DNA of 64,000 nt from Azolla caroliniana (GCA_043228905.1 JBHGNT010000001.1:9858001-9922000), one strand, 5' to 3'; positions 49,372-63,513 are shown, numbered from the stretch's first letter. The notes: generated from the sequence alone by a model not told the origin. Numbers and translations are program-made.

Positions 49372-51191
49372 ATCACCACAATGAAACCAAACGACAATGC
49401 GGCTTATGATCTAATGTAGGTCCTCATTATCTATTATTACCCACCAGAAGAAGAGGTAGGAGATACAGAAGAAGAGACGGAAGATGCTCTGTGTCTGTCT
49501 GTCTGTCTGATCTCTGTGTCTCTCAATCTGAAGCTCTTGTTGTTGATGGTGAAAGTCTTGACAAGATGGAGATTGGGATGATGGTGAATGAAGACTTTTT
49601 TGGTTGTGAGCAGATTGACAAATTGCCATTAATTCTCTTTAAGAAATGGCAAGAAAAAAGAGGTGGTGGAAACAGACAAATACAATGAACAGTTTGACAA
49701 TTGAGGGGTCAACCAAACACGGTTTTAGGGATCAACTGCTAATTCCCTGCAAATTCCAACACCAGCTTGGAATGCTTGCTTATCATGCCAACCTCTACAC
49801 ATTTGAATCGGTCTCGAATGTGTACCCGTTAACGGACATCATATTCACACGCTTGTCTTCGGGTTTCCAACTACTCATTCCGAACCTGTCGTGGAAAAGC
49901 TTACCTATCATGCCTTTCGTGAATAGATCTTACACCCTTTGAATCCGTCACGAATATATATATATATATACCTTTACTTTTGACATTCGCCGCGGCTACA
50001 TGTTCGCGTTACAGTCTTGCTACTTCCCAACCCTAATCGGAAAACCTTACCTATAATGCATTTTACCATATCTTTACATGTTTGAATCCGTCATGGATGT
50101 GCTATTGTATTAGATTTCGGTGATGGCTATAAGGTTGGGATGGGCTTAGAACAAATGAAATATGGCAATGTGAAATCAAATGTTTTGTAACAATCTTATG
50201 AGGGTTTGTTTGAATGTTATCTTGCGATGCTAAGGTTTAGTTATAGGTTCACATAATAGATCTAATGCTATGCTCATAGTCAAAAAAGCAGCATTTGAAA
50301 TACTATTCTCCTATGAACATGGCTATGCATGTTCACTTTCTACAACCCCAAGTGTCATAAAATCCCTAAGTGATGGGTCTACACAATATTGTGTTCAATC
50401 ATGACCATCGAAAATACATGAAATGACTGTGGAGAACGCTAAACTTGGATCTGGAATTTTGTCAGCCACAAATGAACAATATGTTGCATTTTAAATCCCA
50501 ATCCTTTTGATATGTTGTAAAATATGGCCAACAAAAGGCATGAAATTAATAACAAGAAGAAAGAAATGTTGGCATGCATGTCCTGAGAATTTTCCCACAA
50601 TACATTCGACATGCTAAAGCAAAATGGTTTTGAAAGCATTCACCCCATGGATGTAAATAAATATACCATCTCTCTTTCCCTAAAAGAATTGAATTGGGGT
50701 TTCATCCGAGAGTTTGTACAACAGAATTAGGGTTTAGATGGAAAATTAAAATGAAAAATGGACAAGCCATGGTATAAAGAAGAATTGGCACCAACTGTTG
50801 CCACCAATATGGAAGATCTTGAGGTTTTGGAATGTTACTACGTCCTTTGATTTCTAGAAGGTTCTGATGTTCTATGACATTGCTTTGAATGTACCTCCAT
50901 CCTATGAAGGATTCCTTCAAGGCTTGAAAATCTGAGTAGGCATATATTTTATGCAAGGTGTTTGTATTGCAGTGATCCACATAAAATGCGAACTTAGCAA
51001 AAGAAGTGCAATGCAGTTAAGATGAATTAATTTTAGTGAGAATGTTTACATTAGGTCCAGATTAAGGAATGCAAAAGTTGGTCGGTTGCCAAGTTACACA
51101 CAATAAGAGCTCTTAATTAACATGTAGATGGACATATTGAAGAACCACAGGAAGAAGAATGGAATTAATCTTGTAGGGACCGATTACAACA

Positions 51192-52707
51192 TCAAGCGCC
51201 GGGGACAAATTTAGTGGCATAGGCCCAAGCATTGTTGGCGGTGGGGTTGTCGAGGTGGTCAAAGAGGTTCTCTAGTGGGCCCTTCCCGGTGACAATGGCC
51301 TGGACGAAGAATCCGAACATGGAGAACATGGCGAGGCGCCCATTCTTTAACTCCTTCACTTTGAGCTCAGCCAAGGTGTCGGGGTCATCGGCGAGGCCAA
51401 GGGGGTCAAAGTACTGGCCTCCAGGGTAGAGGTTGCCGCCCTCACCCACGCCGGGAAGGCCATTGATGCGGAAGCCCTCCACGGCACCCATGAGCACCAC
51501 CTGCACCGCCCACACTGCCAGGATGCTCTGGGCGTGCACCAGGTTCGGGTTGCCCAGGTAGTCCAACCCCCCCTCTGAGAAGATCTGTGCCCCTGCCTTG
51601 AACCACACCGCCTCCTTGAAGTCCACTCGCAGCCACTTGGCGGCCACCTCCGGGAAGATGCAGCCCAGTGCCCCCAGCATCGCCCATCGGCTGTGGATCA
51701 CCTGTGTCAGACATATGACATGTGCATCAAAAATACAGGAAGAAATTAAACCGCCTCCACATGAGATTAGCTGATTTTATAAATTTAGATGGTTGTTGCA
51801 TGACATTAGCTGATTCATGAATTTAGATGGTTGTTGCATGACATTAGCTGATTCATGAATTTAGATGGTTGCTACATGACATTAGCTGATTTTATAAGTT
51901 TAGAAGGTTGCAACATGACATTATCTGATTTTATAAATTTAGATGGTTGCAACATGACATTAGCTGATTCATGAATTTACATGGTTGTTGCATGACATTA
52001 GCTGATTTATGAATTTAGATGGTTGCTACATGACATTAGCTGATTTATAAATCTAGCTGGTTGCCACGTGGCATTAGCTGATTCATGAATTTAGATGGTT
52101 GCTACATGAGATTAGCTGATTCATGAATTTTTAGATGGTTGCTACATGACATTAGCTGATTCATGAATTTAAATGGAAGCTTAGCATACATTGGCTGATT
52201 CATCGCCACACTGCTGTAACATCATATCCTATCATATCCTGATGATAGCATATTAGATGGTACAAAAATTGAGGTGAGGAGGGTTGGGTAAGCATTACAT
52301 ACCTCCAAGGCCCTGTTCTTGGCATAGGCCTCGGGATCGGCAGAGAGGCCAGCAGTGTCCCAGCCGTAGTCACCGGGGAACTCGCCCTTCAAATAGGAGG
52401 GGGTTTGGGCGGAGAAGGGGCCCAAGAATTTTGGGCGGTCTGGGCCATACCATTTATCAGCGCTCTGCACAGCACGCCACCAAAGCAAAACACAAAAAGG
52501 GGGGATATTTGATGATGACTAATTTATTTTTTTTGGACAATACACACACAAAAATGATGTTAGTGAAGCAGAAAGAAGGAATACCATGGTGAGCCTGGAC
52601 TGGGAGACGGGGGACTTCTCGCGTAATGCATTAACGCTGTTGGTGAGGGTGTTGCCTGCCAGGGCAGTGGAGGGGGAGAGGGAGAGGGACGCAGCGATGG
52701 AGGCCAT
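51192..52707 (-). CDS. LHCB3: Light-harvesting chlorophyll a/b protein of LHCII, type III
   Basis: Exons 52707-52585, 52464-52303 and 51701-51192. Lhcb3-diagnostic segments [20 protein letters not shown] and [25 protein letters not shown], plus ELKNGRLAM. Confidence 0.95.
51760..52200. repeat. ~38 bp minisatellite, ~12 copies, in Lhcb3 intron 2
   Basis: Unit CATGACATTAGCTGATTCATGAATTTAGATGGTTGCTA with variants. Confidence 0.9.
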
Positions 52708-53138
52708 GGCAGAGCTGAAAGGACTCAAACTGCAAGAGCAGATGGAGGAAGAAGATGGTGATGATGATGATGATGATGATGATGGAAGGAGAAGAACTAT
52801 ATCTGTGTCTGTCTGTCTCTCTCTCTCTGTTTCTCTGTGTCTCTACAGTTTTCTTTCTCTTGGGGGGGGAAGAAGTGGATATGGGGTGCTGGGTCTCCCA
52901 CCAATCATCTTCTCTCCTTTCAGATTCTCCATCCACATTCACATACCACTTCCATCCTTCCTTCTTCTTCTTCTTAACTTTGTTTGGGATTGGTTGTTAT
53001 ATCTCGGCATGCGCGGTTTCGCTGTCTCGCATTCGATATCCACACGATCCGAGAACCTCTTTCCGAGACTCGTCCGGTCAGCACTGCATAAGTTGTCTGC
53101 TCAACGTGAGGCTTTTCTCTCGTTCTTTCTCTTTCGTA

Positions 53139-53212
53139 AGTACCTTGCCCTAGTGGTAAGTTGTTAACACTACAAGCACCGCATCATGGGTTCGAAACCC
53201 AATCTCCTCACC
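53139..53212 (+). other. tRNA-like A/B-box sequence (SINE head or tRNA pseudogene)
   Basis: A box-like GCCCTAGTGGTAAG and B box/T-arm GGGTTCGAAACCC; no convincing cloverleaf. Confidence 0.5.
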
Positions 53213-53252
53213 TCTCTGTTATATACTTCATATACTCTTAATTCACTAGATG

Positions 53253-53331
53253 CCACTGTGGAATGTAGGGGTTGAACCCATGACCACCTGGTCTCCATTG
53301 GGCAACCTTACCAACTGAGCTACATCTATTT

Positions 53332-53333
<2 letters not shown>
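53253..53333 (-). other. Second tRNA-like A/B-box sequence, opposite orientation
   Basis: Minus strand reads GATGTAGCTCAGTTGGTAAGG...GGTCATGGGTTCAACCCC. Confidence 0.55.
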
Positions 53334-53366
<33 letters not shown>

Positions 53367-53369
<3 letters not shown>

Positions 53370-53558
53370 GTAAAATCACACAATTATAATTTATATTAAT
53401 TGCATGTAAAAAAACCCCCTATTGTAAGTTAACTTTACATATCTACATAGAGAGATACATATGCATATCATTACAAACCATGGGTATGTCTCATGACATC
53501 CCCTAACCTTTCTTATCAGACCAAATGACGAATGTGATGTCCAACTAACTTACATACT
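53367..53558 (-). mobile_element. Second copy of the retroposon fragment at 22732-22919, flanked by (CT)n
   Basis: Shares TAAAATCACACAATTATA...GACATCCCCTAACCTTTCTTATCAGACCAAATGACGAATGTGATGTC with the first copy. Confidence 0.7.
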
Positions 53559-54594
53559 TCTCTCTCTCTCTCTTTTTCTGGAATGAGCCCCCCGGGCTAT
53601 GCGACCAAATTTTTACCTATTCCTTGTGTATCCGTCCCTTTTCATGAACAAGTGAGTGAGTTGCATGGCATATGTATTGCTTTGGTTTCATGTGCAACAT
53701 TGGCATCTTTTAGTGACATTAATACACCTATGCTTCATCTCTCGCTTTGAACAATCTCCAAGGATGTTAATAATGCACATATGTATGTTTATCCATTTAT
53801 CTATTAATCGATCAATGTTGGTTGTGTTGATGGTCAGTCTCACTTTATGACAAGCAATCTCTTATCATGGGATGAAAGAAATTCCAACTATCATGTACAT
53901 TCATTTTCCACATTATGCCACTTGCTTCTTTCGTTGATATTATAATCGTTAACCAACATTGGTGACATGATAGGACTACACCTAGAGAAGCTTTCACTAT
54001 ACATAATGCAAAGCTTATCACTACATATAATTTTAAACCTAGGGCAATGCTCTTTTACTTCCATTGACTTATCAATAATTCTTGACTCAATAAAATATGT
54101 AAATTGAACAAGATCGAATGGTTATGAATTTATTGTGATTTCTTCATTGGTTTGTTTTGTATATTCCATTCGAGCACGTGTGTTCATGATAGTATTTGGA
54201 ATGTCCCTAAGATGCGTGACTTCTGTTTTACATTCAAAGCATGTGGATTACATCTAACTCTCATTTTGGTATTGGAAGGAGATTGATGAGTTCTATTCCA
54301 CCCAACATATCATGCCCTCGATATACTACCACAAACCTCTATGCGAAATCAAATCATAAATCCATCATACCCCTAGCTCTTGATCTAGGATGCTCTTTGT
54401 CTCTCTCACTTCCAAATGAGATCACGGCGATAGCAAAGGTTGCCAAATACATGTCTAAGGTTCAAAAAAATCCTCCACATGGACTTCCAAGATTTGCGTG
54501 GGAAGCAAGTCAGTGTCTTATCGTTGAAGTTGTTATATAGACTCATGTCTATAAAACATCTTATATATGTTGATATCTTCATGTGCATGACTTC

Positions 54595-54900
54595 CCAAGG
54601 TTTTTTAACGGTTCAGTTTGGTTCTATTTAAACAGTTTGATAGTTTAGAGTTGCCACTTGATTATATTCTTAAATATTTTTTTGGAAACATTTTCATTTT
54701 AAAGCCAATTCTTGGCATTTTAAGATAAATCTTTAATACTTTGAAAATTAAAATTTGAAATATTGAAAAAATATAAAATATAAAAATTGAAAACCGAAAC
54801 CGAACCGCGAAAACACAGTTTTTACAGTTTAATAGTTTAATGGTTTCAGTTTTTATAATGATTTGGTTTGAACGGTTTTAGTTTTGTGGTTCAGTTCCCA
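54595..54900. mobile_element. AT-rich hAT/MITE-like relic
   Basis: Clustered AAACCG/GAACCG/CGGTT/CAGTTT motifs at both ends of an AT-rich core. Confidence 0.35.
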
Positions 54901-57153
54901 CAAGAGGTTGAAATCTTGTTTTAAGAGAGAGTGAGAGACCTCGTTAGTTAAGTGTTGGAGTACTAATTCCCAATTATGTCCCACATTGTATTTCTGTATA
55001 TATGTGCAAATTAAAGTCTCCGCAACAAGAAGCATAGCTCATCCAACCATCAAGATAGTTGCTACTCCAACTAGCGTTGGATGTATGACATACACATGTC
55101 CTAGACAATGCCATCCCAAAAGGAGGAATAACATCAAGCGGTAAATCTATTCATTAATGTAGCAAGGTTCAAGGGGTGATTGTGTTGTTTTAATACACAT
55201 TCGAACATATTACCTCCACCACCCCAAGGTAGCATGCTACCAAACTTTGCTATATCCCATGACTTTCATACGAGTATAGCATTAAATTTCAATCGGGGTT
55301 TACATTCTCCATTGTGCAGAAATATCATTTCCTTTTAAAATTTTGTTATTTGTAACAAAGAAAAGACACTTCCATCATTATTCATTTATACACAAAATTA
55401 TACAAGATGAATTTGTACATCGATGATATTGCTTATCTTTGACTTTATGAAAACCCACGACACAAAAATGCTTTTACGAAACTTCATTTATGGAAAATAT
55501 TTCATTACTTGCTCTAGAATCAATTAGACATGAAGCGATGAAAAGGATGCGGTACACTAATATAGACAATCGGAGCATGCAGTCATTAATTTAGTTTTCA
55601 GTGGGTAACATTATTATAAATTCATTGTAATGCAAACTATTAGGCTTAATCGTAACCATAAAAGCATTGATGTGTAACATATCATTAATACATTGATTAG
55701 AAATAATGGAAAATCACACAGTATTTTGAGGTGACACTCACATGTAGAAGGGACTCCCATACTCCTTTGCATAGAGCCAAGAGCCATTATTCAAACATGG
55801 CAGAGTGATCCTAGGCAACCAAAACAAGATGTATCTAAAATAATATAGTCAACGGATTCTAGGAAGTAAAAAAATAGATCACAACGATCCATTTGATTAT
55901 TTGTTTAGTACGTATTGCCTTCGAAAGGCATTGGTTTTGTTCCTAAATGTCATATTGTGTATAGGGAATATATGAAGCTGTACTTTAAGGAGAAATTATT
56001 AGTTTTTCGTGCTCTTGCTCTTGGATAGGGTAAATCCACAAATGAAATGCAAAATATATCTTAGCTAATAATGGAGTTATTCTCCATGAAATCTTGAGGC
56101 TATAAACTTTGTGGATAACACTTAATCTAAAGTAGAAAGCAATATAACCCTCCCATGTTGAGCGATTTATTTGTTGGTAAAATATGCGAAGTGTGTTTGC
56201 ACATTCATTGATAAGTGTGAGAGTGTGCATACGTTAGGTAGTAAAAAAAAGGTCACGTAGTATTTTCATTTCGTAGTGCAAGCTTTTACGATAATATGTC
56301 AAACTACGCTTCTCAAAACGAGCGGAGAACTACGTACAATACATATTTAGAAGGGAACTCCAACACACATAAGATGCACACAAACTCATATATGTATGAG
56401 ATCCGATGAAACAAAACATTTATGATATAGATAGCTAGTATTGAAGAAATGGGAGAGTTCCGTGTTATTCTCAGATATGTATTGGAGACGGAGGTGGCCT
56501 TAAGAGTCAAAGCACACCCATTGATGGAGGGAGGGAAGGGGGGAGGGCAATGCATCTGGACAAAAAAAAGAAACACGAGGACACGGTGAATCGATCGAGG
56601 TTTGCCGAGAGTCTCACAGAAAGAAGAAGAAGCATGATAAAGTACTCAAAAAAATAGAAGGAAGGAAGGAAGGAAGGAAGGAAGGGGATTAAAGATGTAA
56701 AAATAAATGTATGTAAAATGTGCGTGGAGAAGCTTCAAATCGCAATCCCAAATCCTTCCCGCCCGTCCCTCCATCCGCCCATCCGTCCGCCCATCCGTCC
56801 GTCCGTCCGTCCATTCGTCCGCCCATCCGCCGGAATCCTACGGTCCGACCTTCCTTACCTTTCTGTCTGTCTCCTCTCGCTCCACCCCCCTTCTCTCTGT
56901 CTCTGTCTCTGTCTCTGTCTCTCTCTCAGTCCGTCTTCCCGGCTTCTGCACGGCACCAGCAGCGATTCATTCCTTTCCCCCCTTGCCGCCTCAGTCCATC
57001 TGTCTGCTCCCTGCTCCTAGATCTTTGGCCTCACCTCCCCTCGCCTTCATTCTGTGCTCTCAGCTTCTCGTGCCTTCATCCCGCGATCTAAACCCTCCGC
57101 TGCCTGCCCCTTCCCTTCCTTCTCATAGCTGCTGCATCGCTCTGTGAGAGAAT

Positions 57154-60100
57154 ATGGAGAACCTCATACAGTTGGCCGCGTCTATGCGGCAAGCCGATGC
57201 TCTTCTCTCGGACGAGGATCCAGAAGACTCGCTTACACAACAGGCGTCCACATTCCTCAGCGTCATAGCTCTAGGAAATATGGTATGTTTCCAATTCCAA
57301 AATCATTACTTGCTCCAGGTATCCGGACACTGGGCCAGCTTCTCGTGTTAATATTGTTTATGGCTTCTTGTCTAATTTTCTCGTCGCATCCTTATGAGTG
57401 GCGACATATCACAATGCTCTCTCATTTTGATTTACTATGTCCAAGTTTAGCTTTTTCTTCATTTCCGGGCCAAACTGGATCTCATCATACTCCATCCATC
57501 CTTATGCCTTCAATAGAAGGGTTTGCTTGATTTCTCGGTCATATAAATGAAGACCCTATTTTCTCCATCCAACGTAAGATTTTGTTTGATTGCCTAGACG
57601 CATGGGTGATAGGATGTCAGAATACTACCGACGTGGTTCATCTAATAAAAGCTGTGGTTTGATTTCTCGACCATATGAATGTTTAGATCTCATAATACAC
57701 CCGCTTTATCCAATTTCTCAGCCATACGAATGGTTAGGTCTCATAGTACGATCAGCCTATATCTCCAATTTAAGATTGTGTTTGATTTCGGCCATATGAA
57801 TCAACAGATCTCATATTGCCCTATTTTGCTCAATACAACATAAGTTTTTTGTCTTATTTCCCGGATATATAAGTGTTTGGATCTCAATATAACCATATTT
57901 TAGTAGTCTTCTTACATACTGTACGCACCTTGACAAAGACGAATCCCTGTAGCATGTATGGCTTCCAATGATTTGATAAAAATGAATTCAAGCGTCATAA
58001 ATTTCTCATCTTCTAGTTGTTCAACAATGACTTTATGTATTGTGCACATTTTACACGAACATTAATGTTTTTTTCCATTAGCAGATGGTGTAATGTTTTG
58101 TTCTAAATTTTAAATGTCCATGATTTACAGGGTGCTGGGAAGTCAGCAGTGCTGAACAGCTTGATGGGTCATCCTGTCCTGGTAACCCAATTCCTTGATG
58201 GCTAAAGCAATCACAACTTCTATGTTCTGATAAATAGTAAACATATTGATGAATGGGACCTGAGTTTCTGACATTGTATCCTTTGCCTTCGATTGTGATC
58301 TATACATTTGCGAATTTTCAGCCAACCGGAGAAAATGGGGTAACTAGAGCTCCCATTGTTATTGATGTGGAGCGTGATGACTCTTTAGCTGGAAAAGGAT
58401 TGGCTGTACAATTTGAAAACAAAGTACAACAAGTATCTGCAAGTAAGCAACTTATCTAAAGCTGCAAGTGAGTTAAGTTGCCATAATATAAAGTAATGCT
58501 AAGCATACAAACCATCTTTCAGTGCATCCAGATTCTTTTCCATGCATTCTCTGTAGTGGTTGGCAAACCATATACAGTCTGATAGATTAGATCCACTTAT
58601 TTTTATCAACTTATGTGTCAATTTACTTAATTAATTGATAACATTCTTTTGCTTATCTTTCTTTATCTCTATCTCTCTCAGTAGAAACTCTAGAGCATCT
58701 ATTTTTGTTTCGGTGTGAATAACCTGAAGTCACCCACATTTGTAATCGTGATTTATCTTATAGGACGATTTCGGCCTGTAGAAGAGGTTAATCTCTATCC
58801 TTGTCTCTTCCTTTTACTCATCTAGATTCCTTTCTGCCTTGTAAATGAATGTGAGTTGTAAGTGTTGATATCCATGCATGTGACATTTAGCGACCTTTAA
58901 ACAATAGAATAGAATGAGTCGGATTTGTTGAAGCTTTTATCCAATAAGTTTGTGTGAAACCACTTATAGGCAGAGGCTCAAACTGCATATGCTTGTGGAA
59001 GATTGTTGATATCGTCATCTTTTATCACACTGTCAGGTATAGGAAAAGTCTATATTTATGCCTCTGTGAGGAGTGGTGTAATATTTGACAGTTCATCTTT
59101 ATATGCAATATGTACATAAAAAAATTGGAGGTAACTATCTACCATATTTCAGTCTCATGCATGTTGAAATAGTGTATTTTCATTTATGCAGTCCCAAAGT
59201 CTTCTTGTCACTTAACGTTCAAAGGATGATGACCCAAACTCATTTCCATCTTAACTTCAAACACATGGTTATTAAGCATGTATATTTACAGAAACTCGAA
59301 TCTTTTAAGCATAATGCTGAAATAATATGAATTCTTGGAATCAGTTTATATATGTGGACTCTCAATTGTTAGTTATCCAAACTCATCAGGTATAAGTTTC
59401 ATGCAATGAGGAGATCAATAATATGTTTTGACTAACTACATAGATTAGTGATATACAAGTGAATCTTTGATAATGTACTTTATTTATATGCTTGTAACTA
59501 GACCTTTCTCGTGCTTTCTGCTGGGAGTTTTCACGGTTGAGTTTGCTCATCATTCCTGGGAGAAGGGATAGAACGCTTCATATGTTTAACTTTACTCGAT
59601 ATGATCTTGATATATGAAACTTCATCTGTGCTTGGTGGCTGATGTGAGCAGGGATACCGTACGATCTAGCCCACACCATGCATGAAGTGTTTACTGTAAT
59701 TTCTCATTGAGATAGACTATTTTCGTAGTTTAGTTTCACCCTTACTCTTTCCTTCTTGTATACATTTGTTATCTAGCTAATCAATGAATTTATTAGTTTT
59801 AACTGTTTTATTATACTTGCTTTAACTCACACTTTCCTTCATTAACATGCACTTAATTTGTAACCCAACCTATTCTGGTCTAATATCAGAATACATCAGT
59901 TTATGCAGTTAGTGTAGTGATGTGCATAATACATGTCTCTATTTATGTATGTTTGATTTTACACATGTATATGTGAATATAAGTTCATATGCATGTATGT
60001 ATTTATATACATGTGCTTCATATATCTATCTTTGTATCAAGGATGCAGGAACTTATGCAAGTACTTACAACTCTAATCATGTCAATATTTATGTGTACAG

Positions 60101-63100
60101 GTTGAGGTGAAAGTGTATGGCAGCTATTGTCATAGCATTTTTTTAGACTTCCTATTTGACATGATTTTTCTTCTTGCTTGATACCCCAGGTGCTATTCGA
60201 CATTCTTTACAGGACAAACTCAGTAAAGCAATTCAAATGTCCTCCTCAGGAAGAGCACGTCCTGAAGAAATTCGTCTTAAGCTTCGTTCAAGCACAGGTG
60301 ACGTATTGATTAGGGTATCTTGTGAATGATAGATTGCTTAAGCACATCCTTTTCTCAATGTTTTATTTCAAAATTAATCTTTCTACCGTGTAGTAACACT
60401 TCTACCTGATCAAAACTATGGAATTTTTGTACACATTTTTTATTACTTCATGAATCAATTTGCATTTACAGTTCCTAAATTACGTTATTGACAAGACGAA
60501 TCTTGTTTCTGAATTTGATCTATAATCAGAGTCTAATTGGTCTGGACATTCAGACTGTGTCTAAGATGTTTTGATTTGTGTGTTATTTTATGCTCAGGAT
60601 CTTGACATGTTCTTCTTTTATGGATTTCACAGCACCGCCACTGAGGTTGATAGATCTTCCTGGTCTCGATCAACGGGCTCTTGAGGATTCCTTGGTGAGC
60701 AGAGTTTAAGTGCTGCTTTTAAAACCTTCCACGTGATGATTAGAAGAATATAAGATTTAACATTCTTAGTTTGTTGAAAATTTTGTGGTGTTATTTGTAT
60801 GCATGGCATCTATAGGGGAATGAATTTGCAGGGAATAGTGATTCAATCCTTCTTGTAGTTGTTCCTGCATCCCAGGCTCCAGAAATTTCTAGCTCTCGGG
60901 GTCTTCGGCTAGCACATGAAATGGATCCTGATGGTAGTGCTAGTTAAAGCTCTGGTTTCTATGTTGGTGGGAAATTGGTATTTCAGATAGTTTTGGCTTC
61001 TGCAGGCTCAAGAACTGTTGGAGTTATAAGCAAAGTTGATCAAGCAGCCGCAGACCCAAGGAATCTGGCTGCTGTTCAAGCTCTTCTTGTGGGCCAAGGA
61101 CCATCAATCACGTCAGATGTCCCATGGGTTGCTTTGATTGGTCAATCTGTTTCTATTGCAGCTGCTCATGCTGGTTCTGTTGGAAGTGATAATCCATTAG
61201 AGACAGCATGGAGAGCAGAAATGGAAAATCTGAAGTCCATACTTACCAGTGCTCCTCAGTCTAAGCTAGGAAGGAATGCATTAGTAGATACACTCGCAAA
61301 GCAGATACAGAAGCGGCTGAAATTGCGCTTGCCAAGCATTCTTTCAGGGTGAGTTTTAACTTTAACTTCATCTACTTTTGAATAATCGCAGCAAGTTGTA
61401 AGGATATCTGTGAGCACCACATTCTAATTATTCTCTTCTGCAATCGGCATTGCGTGTTACATTGTATAATTCAATTACCTGCATGCTGTGTTAACTAGCT
61501 CTTTCCGTGTGGATTCAGATCTAGGAAAAGATACTAAAGTTGTATGAGTAGGCATAAATATCAGTGTCACAAGTGACATCGAATGACATACCTGGATTTT
61601 GACGGTTGTACCTGAGACAGCGTTAAAATGTGTTCAAATACAATTGATAGAACGATCTTTGTCTCCTTGATTGTGAACAGTTAATTGTTTTGGTTTACAG
61701 TATCACTTGAACAGTTCTCTTCAGCTCCCATCACTTTCTGATGGTGAGCAAGTATAAGAATCTGTAACCCTCAACTACTTCTAGTCTATTCCATAATTTT
61801 CATGAAGTTTTTGACACATACATGAGAATATGATGTCTTTTCATGCTGACCTACTTAGCAGACATCCATAAAATGTTTTTGGGCACTCACATTTGTTTCG
61901 TTCATATGCTATTTCAGCTGTTGTCCACAATTTTTGGCAGAGGTACAAGGGAAACAGCATGAACTCATGCATTATCTCATGAATTCCTCCCAATAGCAAT
62001 GTCCTTTGCCTTTACATAATCCAATTCATGTAACTCATATAGAACATCTCAAAACAAACTGAATCTTGAAGTCTTTGATGCCCCAGAAGGAAGCATATTA
62101 TGGGCATTCATGTTTATCTGCTTTACAGTTGTCAATTAAATGATTTTGGGCACTATAATCTAGTTGAGAGGTGCAATCTTCACATTCGTTTCATTGATAT
62201 TCTAATTTAGCTATTTCCCTCCTTTTTTTGGCAAATGTAAATGTGTAACATCAGTGTTCATGCTCGATCTCATTAGTGCCTCTCAATAGTTATGTTCCCC
62301 TGCTGCTACTTAACCCGATTCGTGTAAATAATATAAAACACCTCATAGAAAACTGAATCTCAAATTATTTGATGCCAAAAAAAGAGCATATTCTGGTGTT
62401 TCATGTTGCCCTACTTCGTGTATGTCGCTGACATTCTTCTGGCACTCCAATTTAGATGAGAGGTGTAACCTTCTTTTTGGCATCTCTACGAGGGCAACAT
62501 AAGGAGTTCATGCTTGAAACTAAATTATTATACTTGTCAATGCCAAGAGGAAAGCATATTACGGCTTTTCAAGTCAACCTACTTTGCATATGTCTATTAA
62601 GTTCTTTTGAGCACTCCAATCTAGATGAGAGGTACAACCTTCACATGTATTTTGTTCATATTTTTTTTGGCAAGCCAGGGTAACACTTGAGTTCATGCTT
62701 GATCTCATTAATGCTTCTCAATAGCTATATAATCTTGCGTTTACGTAACCTAATCAGTGTAATCATATATAACATCTCACAGATAAAAATGAACGCTGAC
62801 AAACTTCTACTGAAATAATCGTGCAGTATATGCTAATTACAAGGGCAAAAGAAATAGAACTTGAGAAACTTTGGGTTTCTAGAGGATTAGGTAACTTCCT
62901 CTTACACCATTAGGCTATTTAATAAAGAACTCTTAGAGTTTTACGAATATGGTGTGAAATCTTCTTCCCAATTCTCTCACCCAAATAGAGAAGCAAAAAG
63001 CACATCTGAGAGTGACTAATCTGAAGCATAAATCTGGGATTATCGATGGAAACGTGTGTGATCATCAATCATGCCTTTAATAAATGCTTCTGCTGCTCTC

Positions 63101-63513
63101 AGCTGCCACTTCTTCTCACCCTTTTCTGCCATCACATATCCCCTTAGACCATTCTATTTGCTCACATCTACACGCTTATATTGTCTAAGTACATTTAGAT
63201 TTGGGGACTTATGCTTGGTTTATGGCGTAGAATCATGCTCTTGGTCCAGTGCTTATGGATCACAAGAGAAAACAATGCTTGTTTGGTGTGTTATCTTATA
63301 TACTTTCTATCTTATCAGCTGCTATTTTTTGTTACAAAAATGAATTCTCTTAATTTTTTGGTCAGGCTTGAAGGACGCTCACAAGAAGTTAATGAGGAGT
63401 TTGTTAGATTAGGAGAATCATTGGTGCAATCATCTGAAGGCATTCGTGCCATTGCTTTAGAGTTATGCAGAGAGTTTGAGGACAAATTCCTTCAGCATAT
63501 AAATACAGGGGAG
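57154..63513 (+). CDS. DRP2: Dynamin-related protein 2 (DRP2A/B-like), 5' part; continues beyond the window
   Basis: Exons 57154-57282, 58131-58181, 58322-58442, 60190-60297, 60633-60694, 60816-60933, 61006-61348 and 63366-63513. G1 GNMGAGKS, G2 [12 protein letters not shown]3 IDLPG, G4 SKVD; LETAWRAE and [13 protein letters not shown] are typical of DRP2. Confidence 0.95.
57500..57900. repeat. Degenerate tandem repeats in DRP2 intron 1
   Basis: Recurrent TTTGATTTC(T)CG.CCATATGAAT...GATCTCATA blocks. Confidence 0.55.
61960..62790. repeat. Degenerate long-period repeats in DRP2 intron 7
   Basis: Recurrent GATGCC...AGCATATT, GCACT..AATCTAG.TGAGAGGT..AA.CTT and TTCATGCT.GATCTCATTA blocks. Confidence 0.6.

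Noticed and set aside
43510-49384. Many plus-strand ORFs opposite callose synthase
   Set aside because: Antisense shadows of a long coding sequence with no recognisable motifs.
56707-57147. Pro/Ser-rich ORFs upstream of DRP2
   Set aside because: They derive from (CCGT/CCAT)n and (CT)n 5' UTR repeats; DRP2 homology starts at 57154.
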